This document shows positions 28,482 through 38,198 of a stretch of 64,000 bases of DNA, piece by piece. A model generated the notes under the pieces. It did no database searches. It had not been told where the DNA came from and saw nothing but the letters and a program-made list of their open reading frames with translations. A program made the position numbers and the translations under genes. Within the stretch, counting starts at the first letter, position 1, and each line of letters begins with the position of its first letter. This stretch comes from a virus. The DNA is taken from the IMG/VR virus record IMGVR_UViG_3300005673_000003, positions 84,729 through 148,728 of that record, one strand, 5' to 3'.

Positions 28482-30893
28482 TTAAAATATCCCACCGTCC
28501 AGTACTCCTCCTCCTGAGCCTCCCCCTCCTGCCACCTCGATCGCAGTTACCCGACTATCAAGCGCGGTGATATTTCCAGTTGCTCCGACCATCTGAGCCA
28601 AGAGAAACTGAATCTGCCCTGGAATCGGGAAAATCTGTTGCAATGCAAAATCATTGAGGTACACGCCGTTATCCTGGACATGCAAGCCCCAATCCCCAGA
28701 AGCGCTTCTGATTGATGTCTCGCCGGAAATTGCAGTCTGAGCAGCGGATACGTTAATCCTGCTTCCGCTAGCCTGGACGCTTGATAGAGCGGTCTGCCCA
28801 GTCTTATCGAACCCTTGCAGGAGCGCCCCCAGTTTCGGATCTAAGGTCAATCCACCAGATCCCTTGCCGATAACTTGCATCACCATCTTGCCGAGGGATT
28901 TCATCAAGCCACCATCTTTGCCAAAATCAAAACCCCCATAAGGACTCTGAGCACCAACTCCTTTCTCTGTTGCATACACTCGATGTTTGCCGAGCTTGGC
29001 ACGCAATTCGCTTGTGAATTTATCAACCTGCACTTTCGCTCTAGCAATCTGCTCACCAATTGAATTCACAAATTTAGTCAACTGCTTTTGAGCATCCCCC
29101 AACATCTGCCCGAACTGCTGAGTCAGCCCGGAGAACATCTGCGAGAGCATCTGCGATGGATTGCCAGTCAGGGAGCCAAGGCCGCTTAAACCAGGCAAAC
29201 TGGTGATACCGGAGAGCATCTGTGAGAGGTTGCTAAATTGCCCTTTAGCGATCGCATCGGTTAATTTCTGCATATCCGGCAAGGCATTGCTAAATGGCAA
29301 CGCTTTTGTCAGGCTGCTGATTGTCTGCCCATTGAACCCCTTCGCAATACTGCCCAGCATTCCAGTGATGCCAGCTTCAAAATCTCCCCCATTAACCAAT
29401 CCCTTGATCAGCGACGGGGAAATGAATCCCTGTAATTCTTTAGGGAGCGTGCCAAGTATTTGAGCGGGAATATCCTGCAATCGTTGCTGTTGCTGCTCTA
29501 ATTGCTGAGCGATTGGCAGCGTCTGCGATGGCAGCAGTGGGGCCGTACCTTCCAGAATTGACTTAGCCTCATCGAACAGATTGGAGATTGGCTCTACCTT
29601 ATCTGCAATCCCCAGAGCAGACAGATTCTTGAAGCTATCGTAGCCCTCTGGCAGCGCTTTGCTCAAGATAAACTCTGCCTGCAAATCCAGTGAGTGACCC
29701 AAGCCTTTTAGTACATTTATATTTGCTGCCGATTCTTCAATGGGTTGAGTAAGTACATCAGAAGCGCTTAAAAAGCGATTGATTTCTGATAAGGAGGGTT
29801 TCTGTGCCAGAATCTCTTGCAGCGCTGGCAGGAGCGCCCCTATACCGCTGGCTACGCTTGCCTCTACCTGATCAAATAAAGTTTGCCCCAGGTCAGCGAT
29901 TGGCTGTTTCTGAATCTCCTTTAATACGTTTATACCAGTTTGCAAAGTAGAGCCAATCCCGTTGCTTAGCTGCCCCAGGAACTCGCTTGCACTGGTAGCT
30001 AGCTCCGCTAAGCTCTCCTGATTAGCTGTACTACTCCCTGTACTACTCCCCAGATTTCCCAGAAGCGTACTTGATAACCCCAGATTTTTAAGCAGCTCTT
30101 GAGCTTGTCCAAGCTGCCCTCCCAGAAGCTTTTTAGCCTGGTTTTTTAATCCGGTCAGCTCCGGTGCTGGCCCCAGCAGTTCAGACGTACCAGGCTCAAG
30201 TTTTAGCTCATTTTTGGAGGCTTCCGCTCGGAGGTAAGCGCGGCCATCGGCGGTTAGAATCTGAGTTGCATCGCCTGCAGAGCGTTGGGTAATCTGCCCG
30301 TCCTTACTTTGGACGATTGAGGATTTGCTATTTTCTACCCGATTGGTGCCATCTTGTTGCAGATGATTCCTGGCTCCCCCTTGGGTCTGGTCGATTTTAT
30401 CTCCGGTGCGAGTTACTTGGCTGGTGACTCCATGCGGGAAGGCATGGGTTTCCTCGGTATTGCGATCGTCTTTGATTTTGAATATCTGGCCCGGTGATTG
30501 GGTACCATGCACCTCGATACTCCGGTCAAAGATGGGGTTAGGTTTATCTACTCTGCTATGTAAGGCTCCCAGCATAAGCATATATTTCGGGTTGCCAAAC
30601 ATGGGCAGTAAGGCAACCTGGCTCCCTGGCTGGAGGTAGCGATGCGCTCCCCCTTCCTTGCCATTGCAAACGTACTCCTCCAGCACCCATACCATGCCGT
30701 CCCAAGAGTTCGGCAAAGTCTGATTTATTGCCAGTAAATCGCACTGCACTTTAACTCGCCCCAAGCCTTCTGGATCATCCGATGACTCGATTCGATTCAA
30801 AATCGCAGGCACCCAGCCGCTTATAAGTCCCTGCTGAGCTTGGGGAGTATGCGCTTCTGGTAAATCTGGCCTGACAAGTTTCTCGAACGACAT
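28482..30893 (-). CDS. baseplate spike/Gp5-VgrG-like protein with long helical insertion
   Basis: DDPEGLGRVKV...PGSQVAL...GNP...LG OB-fold signature followed by beta-repeat region. Confidence 0.65.
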   Translation of the reverse strand: MSFEKLVRPDLPEAHTPQAQQGLISGWVPAILNRIESSDDPEGLGRVKVQCDLLAINQTLPNSWDGMVWVLEEYVCNGKEGGAHRYLQPGSQVALLPMFGNPKYMLMLGALHSRVDKPNPIFDRSIEVHGTQSPGQIFKIKDDRNTEETHAFPHGVTSQVTRTGDKIDQTQGGARNHLQQDGTNRVENSKSSIVQSKDGQITQRSAGDATQILTADGRAYLRAEASKNELKLEPGTSELLGPAPELTGLKNQAKKLLGGQLGQAQELLKNLGLSSTLLGNLGSSTGSSTANQESLAELATSASEFLGQLSNGIGSTLQTGINVLKEIQKQPIADLGQTLFDQVEASVASGIGALLPALQEILAQKPSLSEINRFLSASDVLTQPIEESAANINVLKGLGHSLDLQAEFILSKALPEGYDSFKNLSALGIADKVEPISNLFDEAKSILEGTAPLLPSQTLPIAQQLEQQQQRLQDIPAQILGTLPKELQGFISPSLIKGLVNGGDFEAGITGMLGSIAKGFNGQTISSLTKALPFSNALPDMQKLTDAIAKGQFSNLSQMLSGITSLPGLSGLGSLTGNPSQMLSQMFSGLTQQFGQMLGDAQKQLTKFVNSIGEQIARAKVQVDKFTSELRAKLGKHRVYATEKGVGAQSPYGGFDFGKDGGLMKSLGKMVMQVIGKGSGGLTLDPKLGALLQGFDKTGQTALSSVQASGSRINVSAAQTAISGETSIRSASGDWGLHVQDNGVYLNDFALQQIFPIPGQIQFLLAQMVGATGNITALDSRVTAIEVAGGGGSGGGVLDGGIF

Positions 30894-30915
30894 AGAATTT
30901 TAGAATTCTAAATTT

Positions 30916-31383
30916 TTAGATTTTCATTTGTTTTTGCTGCTTCATTAGCGCTTGCCAGAAGCCCATTGCTTGCTCTCTAGTCCAGCCGCTTGCAGTGTGC
31001 TGAAAGACTTTTACATCGGTGGCAACCCGAAATCTCATGCCTTCATCTTCTGGATGTCGGACAACCAAAATGGAGTGAATATCGTCATCGACTATCAGGC
31101 TGTTCCCCGGTGCATCTGCTGGCGTAGGAGGCCGATAGAATGCATGGCAATGTGGATGCTCCTCAAAGTAAGCTCGGTCAGACTCCATCTGCTTATCAAT
31201 AATCTCGCTTTTCTCTTCTGATAGCCGGAAGGGTTGAGCCTTTGCTGCCTGGGCCGCTCTAGATTCATCTAATTGCTTGAATTGCCGGAGTTCATCTAAT
31301 ACAGATTTCCCTCTTGGCTTCTTCATCGGTTTTCGAGAGCTAATATCTGCCGATACGCTTTCATCAGAATTGATTGATTCCAT
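30916..31383 (-). CDS. hypothetical protein
   Basis: RBS and 12-mer motif upstream. Confidence 0.55.
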   Translation of the reverse strand: MESINSDESVSADISSRKPMKKPRGKSVLDELRQFKQLDESRAAQAAKAQPFRLSEEKSEIIDKQMESDRAYFEEHPHCHAFYRPPTPADAPGNSLIVDDDIHSILVVRHPEDEGMRFRVATDVKVFQHTASGWTREQAMGFWQALMKQQKQMKI

Positions 31384-31412
31384 ACCTACCTCTAAAATCG
31401 ATTGATTATTGA

Positions 31413-32606
31413 TTATTGAACAAGTTGTATTTGGATATTCTGCTGAATCTCGGCAAGCTGCCAGGGTTCTAGCGTCAAGCTGGAGAATGCTTCCCCGGTT
31501 TCCGCATGGGTCAGCTCGACCGAGGGTACGGCATAAATCCCCTGCACCCGCTCCAGAATGCCTGCGATCGTCTTTTCAAGCTGCTTATCGCCCCAGATAC
31601 CTCCTACAGAAGGAGGATTAAGGTTCTGCGAGATAGCCGCCGCTGCCAGATTAAATACCTCAAATTGAGTTAACCCATCTATCGCCTTGACCTGGATTAC
31701 TCCATTCAAAGGAATCACTTCAGCCGCAACTACCACCAGCCTTTCGTCCAGTAATCGGCGAGGTTCTAGCGCTGCTTCTACAATTGGCTGCATCGTTGCA
31801 GGGTAGATGGCAATGGTTCGCAGATCCCGAAAATACCCGTCTAATTCGGGCATCCGGCCTCTAATCACATTCACCTTTGTTGCACCAGCCTGGAGCGCGA
31901 AGTAGGCATAATCCCGGTCGGTCAAACAGCGATCGCCAGTCCTTAGCCAATCCCTAGTCCTCAGTACCGCATCAATCAGCCGCTCTGCATCCCTGCCAGG
32001 GGTAACTACTCCCTCGCTGGCAACCGTATCCACGAACGGCACTCCTCGCGCCATCTGATTGAATTCACCATCTACCAGATTTGTAATTATTCCTGGCTGG
32101 CTAATCCGGCAAGGCACCAAAGCGGAATCATCCGTGATTGGAATGTCGGTTTCGACAATGGTGTAAGCACTCCGGCTACTATCGTAGAAGCTCCGAATTT
32201 CTAGCCCTGCTGGAACAGTCACCGGGATGTTATTGGCAACTGCGTCCGCACTGCGAGAAAACCGAACATTGATAATTGGATACTCTGCTTCTCGGAGCGT
32301 CGTGCCCAGTAGCCGCAACCACTCCAAGATAGTCCCATCCGGCACAAGGTTCATCTCATGCGCGGCTAAGCTTTGCAGGTAGATCAGCACCCCGGCAAAG
32401 ATGGCATGAGCACTGCCCGGAGTCTTCGCACTAAAAGGCGATGGATCTCCATTGGGTAAAGGCTGAGCCAATCGATCCATGATGGCAGCATAAAGCGCAT
32501 CATTATCGAATGGATATAACTCCTTGGCAGCGACCAGGCTCGGATCCTGCTGTAGAGCGGATTCTAGCTCATAGTACAGTCCGTAATCTGGCATACCATC
32601 TCCCAA
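31413..32606 (-). CDS. baseplate J-like wedge protein
   Basis: WLRLLG, VPAG, PGRDAE, RCLTDRDY. Confidence 0.75.
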   Translation of the reverse strand: MGDGMPDYGLYYELESALQQDPSLVAAKELYPFDNDALYAAIMDRLAQPLPNGDPSPFSAKTPGSAHAIFAGVLIYLQSLAAHEMNLVPDGTILEWLRLLGTTLREAEYPIINVRFSRSADAVANNIPVTVPAGLEIRSFYDSSRSAYTIVETDIPITDDSALVPCRISQPGIITNLVDGEFNQMARGVPFVDTVASEGVVTPGRDAERLIDAVLRTRDWLRTGDRCLTDRDYAYFALQAGATKVNVIRGRMPELDGYFRDLRTIAIYPATMQPIVEAALEPRRLLDERLVVVAAEVIPLNGVIQVKAIDGLTQFEVFNLAAAAISQNLNPPSVGGIWGDKQLEKTIAGILERVQGIYAVPSVELTHAETGEAFSSLTLEPWQLAEIQQNIQIQLVQ

Positions 32607-32620
32607 AAATTGATTGATTA

Positions 32621-33043
32621 TTAATCGAAGTGAAAGCCTGGGTAACTGGCAACAACCCAGTTCTGCACTGCTTTTGCCAGCATCCTGGTTCTAAAGTCGA
32701 ACCCTGCCCAAGCTGGGGAGCTAAAATGCATCCAGCTTTTCACGCTACACCAGAAGGCGATTGATGATTTAAGGAGTCTGCCTGATGCAGTATTCCAGTA
32801 GTTTTCGATCGCCGGATCCATGCCATAGCACCATTTAAGAAATTCTTCTTCCTCCCCCTTTAACTCCGGGTGCCTGGACAGAAAATCAGCTTTCCATATC
32901 TCAAAAGCTAACTGCTCATTCTCCGCCTTCAACCAATCCATCAAAGCGAACCAATTGATTGATTCATTGGGATCTAATTGGCATTGATAGCGTCTCCATG
33001 CCAGTATTTGAGGATTTACTTGATTACCGTTTTCTGGTTGCAT
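32621..33043 (-). CDS. hypothetical protein
   Basis: coupled ORF. Confidence 0.5.
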   Translation of the reverse strand: MQPENGNQVNPQILAWRRYQCQLDPNESINWFALMDWLKAENEQLAFEIWKADFLSRHPELKGEEEEFLKWCYGMDPAIENYWNTASGRLLKSSIAFWCSVKSWMHFSSPAWAGFDFRTRMLAKAVQNWVVASYPGFHFD

Positions 33044-33278
33044 TTTCTATCTCTTCCCGCTGCTTCTCGTATGTCTCCACCAGCTTTTTTGTGAAAAACT
33101 CCCGTCGAGAGATCGGGAGATTATAAATATCTTCAATCGAGGAGAATGGAGCTTGATCTCCCACCGTCAGGAAGAAAGCTACTTCGTTTAAGTAGCTTTC
33201 ATCTACTCCCCTATTAAGCAGGGTAAGACAGAAAGGTAGGCAGATCCCGCCAGGGCACCTCCGCACTCCAGTCGTCAT
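33024..33278 (-). CDS. tail assembly chaperone, second part (DUF6760/gp51-like)
   Basis: LNEVAFF...EDIYNLPISRREFF; follows the chaperone gene; start unclear. Confidence 0.5.
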   Translation of the reverse strand: MTTGVRRCPGGICLPFCLTLLNRGVDESYLNEVAFFLTVGDQAPFSSIEDIYNLPISRREFFTKKLVETYEKQREEIENATRKR

Positions 33279-34185
33279 AGCCGCAAGCGCGGCAAACCAT
33301 CTCGATCGTCATCGCTGGCCCGAAATTAGAGACTTTATTGATGCACTTTTGGAGGTACGATCTATCCCTAGCAGTTAGCTGCTCATATAGCGCTTCGATG
33401 CCAGCGGCTGAGATTGCGGTACGGTCAGAGTTCATTGAATTGCCGTAAGCCTCTGATTCTGGGAGTCCCACCACGGTATTAAGCAAAATCCGATGGTTTA
33501 CCCGATACTCTGCCTGCCCATCCTTCGCCTGCTTTGCCATCCGCTTCAAATCGTAGAGCTTGGGAGCGCGAATCTGGATGCGCTTAATAAAATCCTCGAA
33601 AACGGTTGCACCATCTGGCAGCACAATCTCAATAATCGGATGGGTCAACCCTTTGACCATCTGCACCTCTACGGTACTCAAATCGGAGTATTCGCCTTCC
33701 CGGTCTTTGTTGACCGTTTGGCAGATTGGGCATTGACCCGATAGCTGCACATCTGGGCCAATCGCATCTAACCGTAATTGGAGCAATACCTGCAACGCAT
33801 CGGCTAGGAATAGGTTCTCGCAGAGTTTTTGTGTAGACAAGCTCTGACTCTTTGCTACTTCCGCGATCGGAGTGCCGCCAATCGTTTCAATCATTCGCGA
33901 CAGGAAAACTGGAAGCACTTCTGCGATTTTGTCTCGATAGCGAGTCGTCAGGGCTGATAATTCAAGCTCGTCCTTACCTGTGAAGGCTTTGAGGGTAAAG
34001 CTCTGCTGCCGCTCCCCATTCGCATCAAACCAGCCTATCGGCAGAGTATGCTGACAGGCTGATAGTAAAGTGGTTTCAGTTGTAATACTATCCAATAAAG
34101 TGGCAGGTTTTGAAGCGTTCTCTACAACCTCTGGTGCTGATTGAAAACCTTGAGCTTCTGAGGTTGCTGCGGTTGTTTTAGCCAT
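33214..34185 (-). CDS. tail/baseplate assembly chaperone (T4 gp26-like, two CxxC)
   Basis: LPIG...LKAFTGKDEL, CPIC, LPDG, LTARDR, CRACG. Confidence 0.6.
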   Translation of the reverse strand: MAKTTAATSEAQGFQSAPEVVENASKPATLLDSITTETTLLSACQHTLPIGWFDANGERQQSFTLKAFTGKDELELSALTTRYRDKIAEVLPVFLSRMIETIGGTPIAEVAKSQSLSTQKLCENLFLADALQVLLQLRLDAIGPDVQLSGQCPICQTVNKDREGEYSDLSTVEVQMVKGLTHPIIEIVLPDGATVFEDFIKRIQIRAPKLYDLKRMAKQAKDGQAEYRVNHRILLNTVVGLPESEAYGNSMNSDRTAISAAGIEALYEQLTARDRSYLQKCINKVSNFGPAMTIEMVCRACGYDDWSAEVPWRDLPTFLSYPA

Positions 34186-34247
34186 AGAATTCCTATCATA
34201 GGTGCTTGTTAAAGCCTACAACAGAATTCCGTGAATGAGTTGAGTAT

Positions 34248-34742
34248 TTACAAACGGAAAGGCTCCAGGTTCTTGGGCAGGTATAGCGGATGGCTTGGCA
34301 TTCCGGCCCCAGTGATTTTTAAGCAGTGCAAATCTGGAATCATCGCAGTTACCTGGCGGTGTCGATCCCTATACACTCCATGATTACCCCAGGCTGCAAC
34401 AACGATTTTCGCTTTGGCAGCGCACTCTATCAGGTAGCGATCGTTCTCCTCGCCAATCGGCTCTGCCTGAGCTTTCATCACGTTTGGGTCAGTGGCCCGG
34501 TATGCAAAAATGTTGGTCATACAGAGCGCGGAATAACCCCAGCTTTTCGCGTATCGGATGCAGCGGCGAACGGTTGGATCGTCCTGCACCTCATCTGCGG
34601 TGCTGGGATTCAAAGCAATAAACATGCAAAAATTCGATTCCCAATCATCCCCCCATCTTCGCCAAAGAGTGTATCGGTACTGGCGGCAAGGGGAGAATAT
34701 CGCTATTTCTTGCGCGGCTGGAAAAATCGATAGCTGATTCAT
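34248..34742 (-). CDS. DUF1643 family protein
   Basis: FSPCRQYRYTLWR, LNPSTAD, DDPTVRRC, AAWG, HPLY. Confidence 0.9.
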   Translation of the reverse strand: MNQLSIFPAAQEIAIFSPCRQYRYTLWRRWGDDWESNFCMFIALNPSTADEVQDDPTVRRCIRYAKSWGYSALCMTNIFAYRATDPNVMKAQAEPIGEENDRYLIECAAKAKIVVAAWGNHGVYRDRHRQVTAMIPDLHCLKITGAGMPSHPLYLPKNLEPFRL

Positions 34743-34829
34743 TGCTGGCTGATAATTGATTGGATTATTACTGGGGCGCGGGTTATGCCCCTACTGCTAG
34801 ACTTTAGCGATCGCTGATCTTTAAGTATC

Positions 34830-34978
34830 GCTTACATCGTCATTATGTCTTATTTCGGGCGGGAGTAGCGATATCGCTCATATAAGGATTTGGTCGCGCT
34901 TTTCGGCCAGGTATAAGCAGGATGAGTCAAACAGGTCTTGCCATTCTCGCATAGATGAGACATAATGACGATGTAAGC
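34830..34978. repeat. perfect 21-bp inverted repeat flanking a 107-bp spacer, containing a promoter
   Basis: GCTTACATCGTCATTATGTCT (34830-34850) and AGACATAATGACGATGTAAGC (34958-34978); TTGCCA-N17-CATAAT on +. Confidence 0.85.
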
Positions 34979-35005
34979 AAATCAATCAATTATCGGAGAA
35001 GCGCA

Positions 35006-35773
35006 ATGATTACCGTTACCAATAACTACCCCAAGGATCTGAAAGCCGCTATCGCTCATGAATTGTTCACCCCCAACGCTAAGCCTAAGAAAGCCGATCT
35101 AATTGCGGCTATCGAAGATTACAACGCTAAGCAATTAGAGGGTAGAGATGCCATCTCTACCGAGCCTGAAGCCGTTGCAGTTGCCAGCGAAGCGACTGAG
35201 CAAGTAACCGAGCTTGCCATCCCTGCAGTTATCGATCAGAATTTGAAAAAGGTGCTGGAACCCGATGTTCTTGAGTCTACCGAATCTGAAAAGCAATTAA
35301 ATGATGAAATGGCTGCGTTCTTGAACAAGAAGCATGAAGAAGCTTATGGGGATGCAAAGCCAAAAGCAAAGGCTAAAAAGAGTGCTCCCAAAAAAGAATG
35401 GAGTACTCAGGATGATGAAATTCTAAGAAAGGCTTGCGAAGCTGGCAAAGCAGATAGATTTAATCGGGCAAAATTTATCCTTGAATTAGTAGAAAGAGGT
35501 CAATCGATTAAAGAGATCGCATCAAGAATGGGTTTATCTACGAGTAAGGTTCAGCGTGAATCTAAAGCAATGCAAGTCTACAATCTAAGCCAGATCGTCA
35601 AGCAACTCTACGCAGATCAACAGTTATCCTGGGCAGCAATTCATGATGAGCTTGCGATTAAATCCATCAAAGATACAAGCGTCGAGCAGTTTGATAAATT
35701 AGCCGCTGAAGTAGCAGGACGCAGGAAGCGTAAATCTAAACTAAATCAATCTAATGAGATTCAATCTGCCTAG
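35006..35773 (+). CDS. putative DNA-binding protein (Rho-N/HEH-like N-terminus, C-terminal HTH)
   Basis: KKADLIAAIE; GQSIKEIASRMGLSTSKVQR; GGAG RBS before ATG 35006. Confidence 0.6.
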   Translation: MITVTNNYPKDLKAAIAHELFTPNAKPKKADLIAAIEDYNAKQLEGRDAISTEPEAVAVASEATEQVTELAIPAVIDQNLKKVLEPDVLESTESEKQLNDEMAAFLNKKHEEAYGDAKPKAKAKKSAPKKEWSTQDDEILRKACEAGKADRFNRAKFILELVERGQSIKEIASRMGLSTSKVQRESKAMQVYNLSQIVKQLYADQQLSWAAIHDELAIKSIKDTSVEQFDKLAAEVAGRRKRKSKLNQSNEIQSA

Positions 35774-36170
35774 TTAGATACTGTAGCCGCTTGCCAATAG
35801 ATAATCCGATCATGGGATCAATGATCGGATTATCTACATACTTTCTGAAGGATAGATACCTTGAGCCAGCTAAAACAAGCAGTGCTGCATCCTGATTGAA
35901 TTGCTCAAAGATTTGTCCTCCTACATGAAAAGCCCATTTATCCAGTTCATTTTTCGAGAAATCATTTAGCGTCAGATTGTACGGCTGAACCAGTTGGCTG
36001 GAATGAATTAAGTAATATTTGGCCGATAAAATGTAAATCGGCAGACCAAGTTTTTCTGCATATCCTCTTGATTTAATAAATAAGCTGGATTTGTACAAAT
36101 CGATCGCGGGTTCAGGTTTATTTGATTTTTGTTTGACGCATGAGATTAAACATGCTTGCGGCTGACTCAT
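35751..36170 (-). CDS. DUF6884 family protein
   Basis: LISCVKQK...AIDLYKSSLF...ILSAKY...PYNLTL...LAG...GLSIGKRL. Confidence 0.75.
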   Translation of the reverse strand: MSQPQACLISCVKQKSNKPEPAIDLYKSSLFIKSRGYAEKLGLPIYILSAKYYLIHSSQLVQPYNLTLNDFSKNELDKWAFHVGGQIFEQFNQDAALLVLAGSRYLSFRKYVDNPIIDPMIGLSIGKRLQYLTRQIESH

Positions 36171-36185
36171 AAGTAACGACTCCAG

Positions 36186-37010
36186 TTAATTTCCACGAGG
36201 ATACCCGATAAACTCTTTGGCTATCCTCGCAATGACCTGACCCCATGCGATCGCTGGATTCTCGTCAAGCTCCCCCTCTTGCTGCACCAGCTCGTAAGCT
36301 TGCTTGATTAACTCCATATCCTCATGAGACGCTTTGAAGAATACCGATACATGATCACCAGACTCTTCAAAGCGCTCCCCATGCTGGCCTTGCTGCCCCT
36401 GAAAGGTGCTTTGGATGCCGCTCCCCTGAGAACCCCCAGAAGCGTACTGCTCTCCTCCTCCCCCTGCCGCCGCTGTCGCTTCATTGCGGCGTTGCTGATT
36501 CGCCTGGTGGTCGCTGTAAGCATCCTGGAAGGAGCCGCTACTGCCGTAATTATCCCAATCCGCTTCTGATAGCTTGATCAGCTCGTTTAGCTCATTCTCG
36601 GTGTAGGGTACCGCCTTAATCGTATCCACTCCCATATCTTGCTGAATATCGGCCAGCAGCTTTGCTAGGTCGATTTTATCCATCTCGCCTCGGGTGCTGT
36701 CCAGCACTACCGTCAGCTTCTTTGCTTCAGCGTCGGATAAGTCGTGGATGATATTGACGTAAATCACCTCCTCATCCTGCATCTCCTTCCAGCGATGCTC
36801 CCCATTAATGATCTGATATACCTCCTGTTTTTCGGGGTGGGGCCGCACCAGGATTTCCTCTACCTGCCCAACCCAATCCAGCGACTCTCGTAGAGCCTCC
36901 TGGGTGCGCTCTTTCATTCGATTGGGATTCCAATCATTCGGCTCCAATTGACTGGGATGCAACGGAACCGCTCTCTCGATTTTGTACAAAGATGACAACA
37001 TGATTTCCAC
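36186..37010 (-). CDS. ParB/Srx-like N-terminal domain protein
   Basis: LEPNDWNPN, ILVRP, IINGEHRW. Confidence 0.8.
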   Translation of the reverse strand: MEIMLSSLYKIERAVPLHPSQLEPNDWNPNRMKERTQEALRESLDWVGQVEEILVRPHPEKQEVYQIINGEHRWKEMQDEEVIYVNIIHDLSDAEAKKLTVVLDSTRGEMDKIDLAKLLADIQQDMGVDTIKAVPYTENELNELIKLSEADWDNYGSSGSFQDAYSDHQANQQRRNEATAAAGGGGEQYASGGSQGSGIQSTFQGQQGQHGERFEESGDHVSVFFKASHEDMELIKQAYELVQQEGELDENPAIAWGQVIARIAKEFIGYPRGN

Positions 37011-37057
37011 CTATCTCCTATCTCGATTAATTGATTGATTTTCTGATGCGCTAGAAG

Positions 37058-38191
37058 TTACCAGCTAATGCCTCTAGCTGCCCACAGCTTAGTAGATTCT
37101 TCCTCAAGCTTTTTATATTTGCGGATAGCGGCTCGAAGTACATGAATGTTTGCGGCCATAGCCGCATCAGATTCTTTGTAGCGAGGAATATTTTTTATCC
37201 CGGCAACATCTCCACCACCAAACCGAAGGCTAGAAACCCAGCTACTTGAATCAGAGGAATAGCAAGGGTAACGCTTGAGCACCCATTCAGTAGTTACGCC
37301 TAACAAGTGAATCTTAGGCATCTTGCCAGTCTTCTTGTAATAACTCATGACGATATGGAAGCAGCTATCTAGCCAAGCCTGTAGCAACTTCTTATTCCTC
37401 GTATAGGGCACCAGTCCGCCTAATGCGACGTAATCGTAGCCGCTAAGGGTATGGTGGAGATGCCGCAGATCTACCCCGAAAGTGACAATAGGGAGCGGCC
37501 TCATTCCCAGGCTTTCTAGAATCGATTGATTATTCCAACTGGCATCTTGATCTCCAATTACGTCGAGATTCATAAAATGGAGCGCTGCCATCTTACTTCT
37601 CCGGCGCTTATCGAAATCAAGCGCCCATTCCGCATACTCTTGCGGCGTTATGGTTTTTCCGGTTGACCATGCAGTGAACGCGCCAGAGTCGATGATCACC
37701 CTCGGTCTAAGGTCAACAAGGTTGCTGATAGCAGCGATCGTATCGGTTACTTCCTTTCGGTCGGCATAGGTTGCTAAATGATTGTCATGCTCTGGCTTGA
37801 TTTGCTTTTCCATCTCTTTTTCCATCTCTGGAGTGGCAGAATGCCCAGCGATATGGATATTCATGGGAGTATGCCATGAATCACGCCATTGCTCCTCTTG
37901 CTCTTGGTAGGCATAGCTAAATAAATTTTCTGTCTTTCCCTCTTCTGGAAGCAGTTCCTTAACCGATCTCTGGCCGCTCAATCTTGCTATTGTATCTGTA
38001 AGGTGAATTCGCATTGCTTTCTGGTGTAACCTTGCTAATTCATTCCATAGCTCTGCCCATTTCTTCTCATAGCCTGCATGGGCAAAGCTGAGCAAAGATC
38101 CGGTTGCAAGCTCCTCAGCAAGAAGGACTCTGGAATTCCTGCCATCCGGCAATGTATCACTGGCTCCCGCCCATACAAAATGCACCTTCAT
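37058..38191 (-). CDS. DpdA/TGT-like deazaguanine DNA transglycosylase, paralogue 2, with triplicated N-terminal module
   Basis: IIDSGAFT, NLDVIGD, VALGGLV, HLLG, SSDSSSW; in the que cluster; start reassigned to MKVHF. Confidence 0.7.
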   Translation of the reverse strand: MKVHFVWAGASDTLPDGRNSRVLLAEELATGSLLSFAHAGYEKKWAELWNELARLHQKAMRIHLTDTIARLSGQRSVKELLPEEGKTENLFSYAYQEQEEQWRDSWHTPMNIHIAGHSATPEMEKEMEKQIKPEHDNHLATYADRKEVTDTIAAISNLVDLRPRVIIDSGAFTAWSTGKTITPQEYAEWALDFDKRRRSKMAALHFMNLDVIGDQDASWNNQSILESLGMRPLPIVTFGVDLRHLHHTLSGYDYVALGGLVPYTRNKKLLQAWLDSCFHIVMSYYKKTGKMPKIHLLGVTTEWVLKRYPCYSSDSSSWVSSLRFGGGDVAGIKNIPRYKESDAAMAANIHVLRAAIRKYKKLEEESTKLWAARGISW

Positions 38192-38198
38192 ACAGCGA

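Noticed and set aside
36186-37010. ParB as a plasmid partition protein
   Set aside because: No parA nearby, and it sits in the modification operon, where ParB/Srx domains are common
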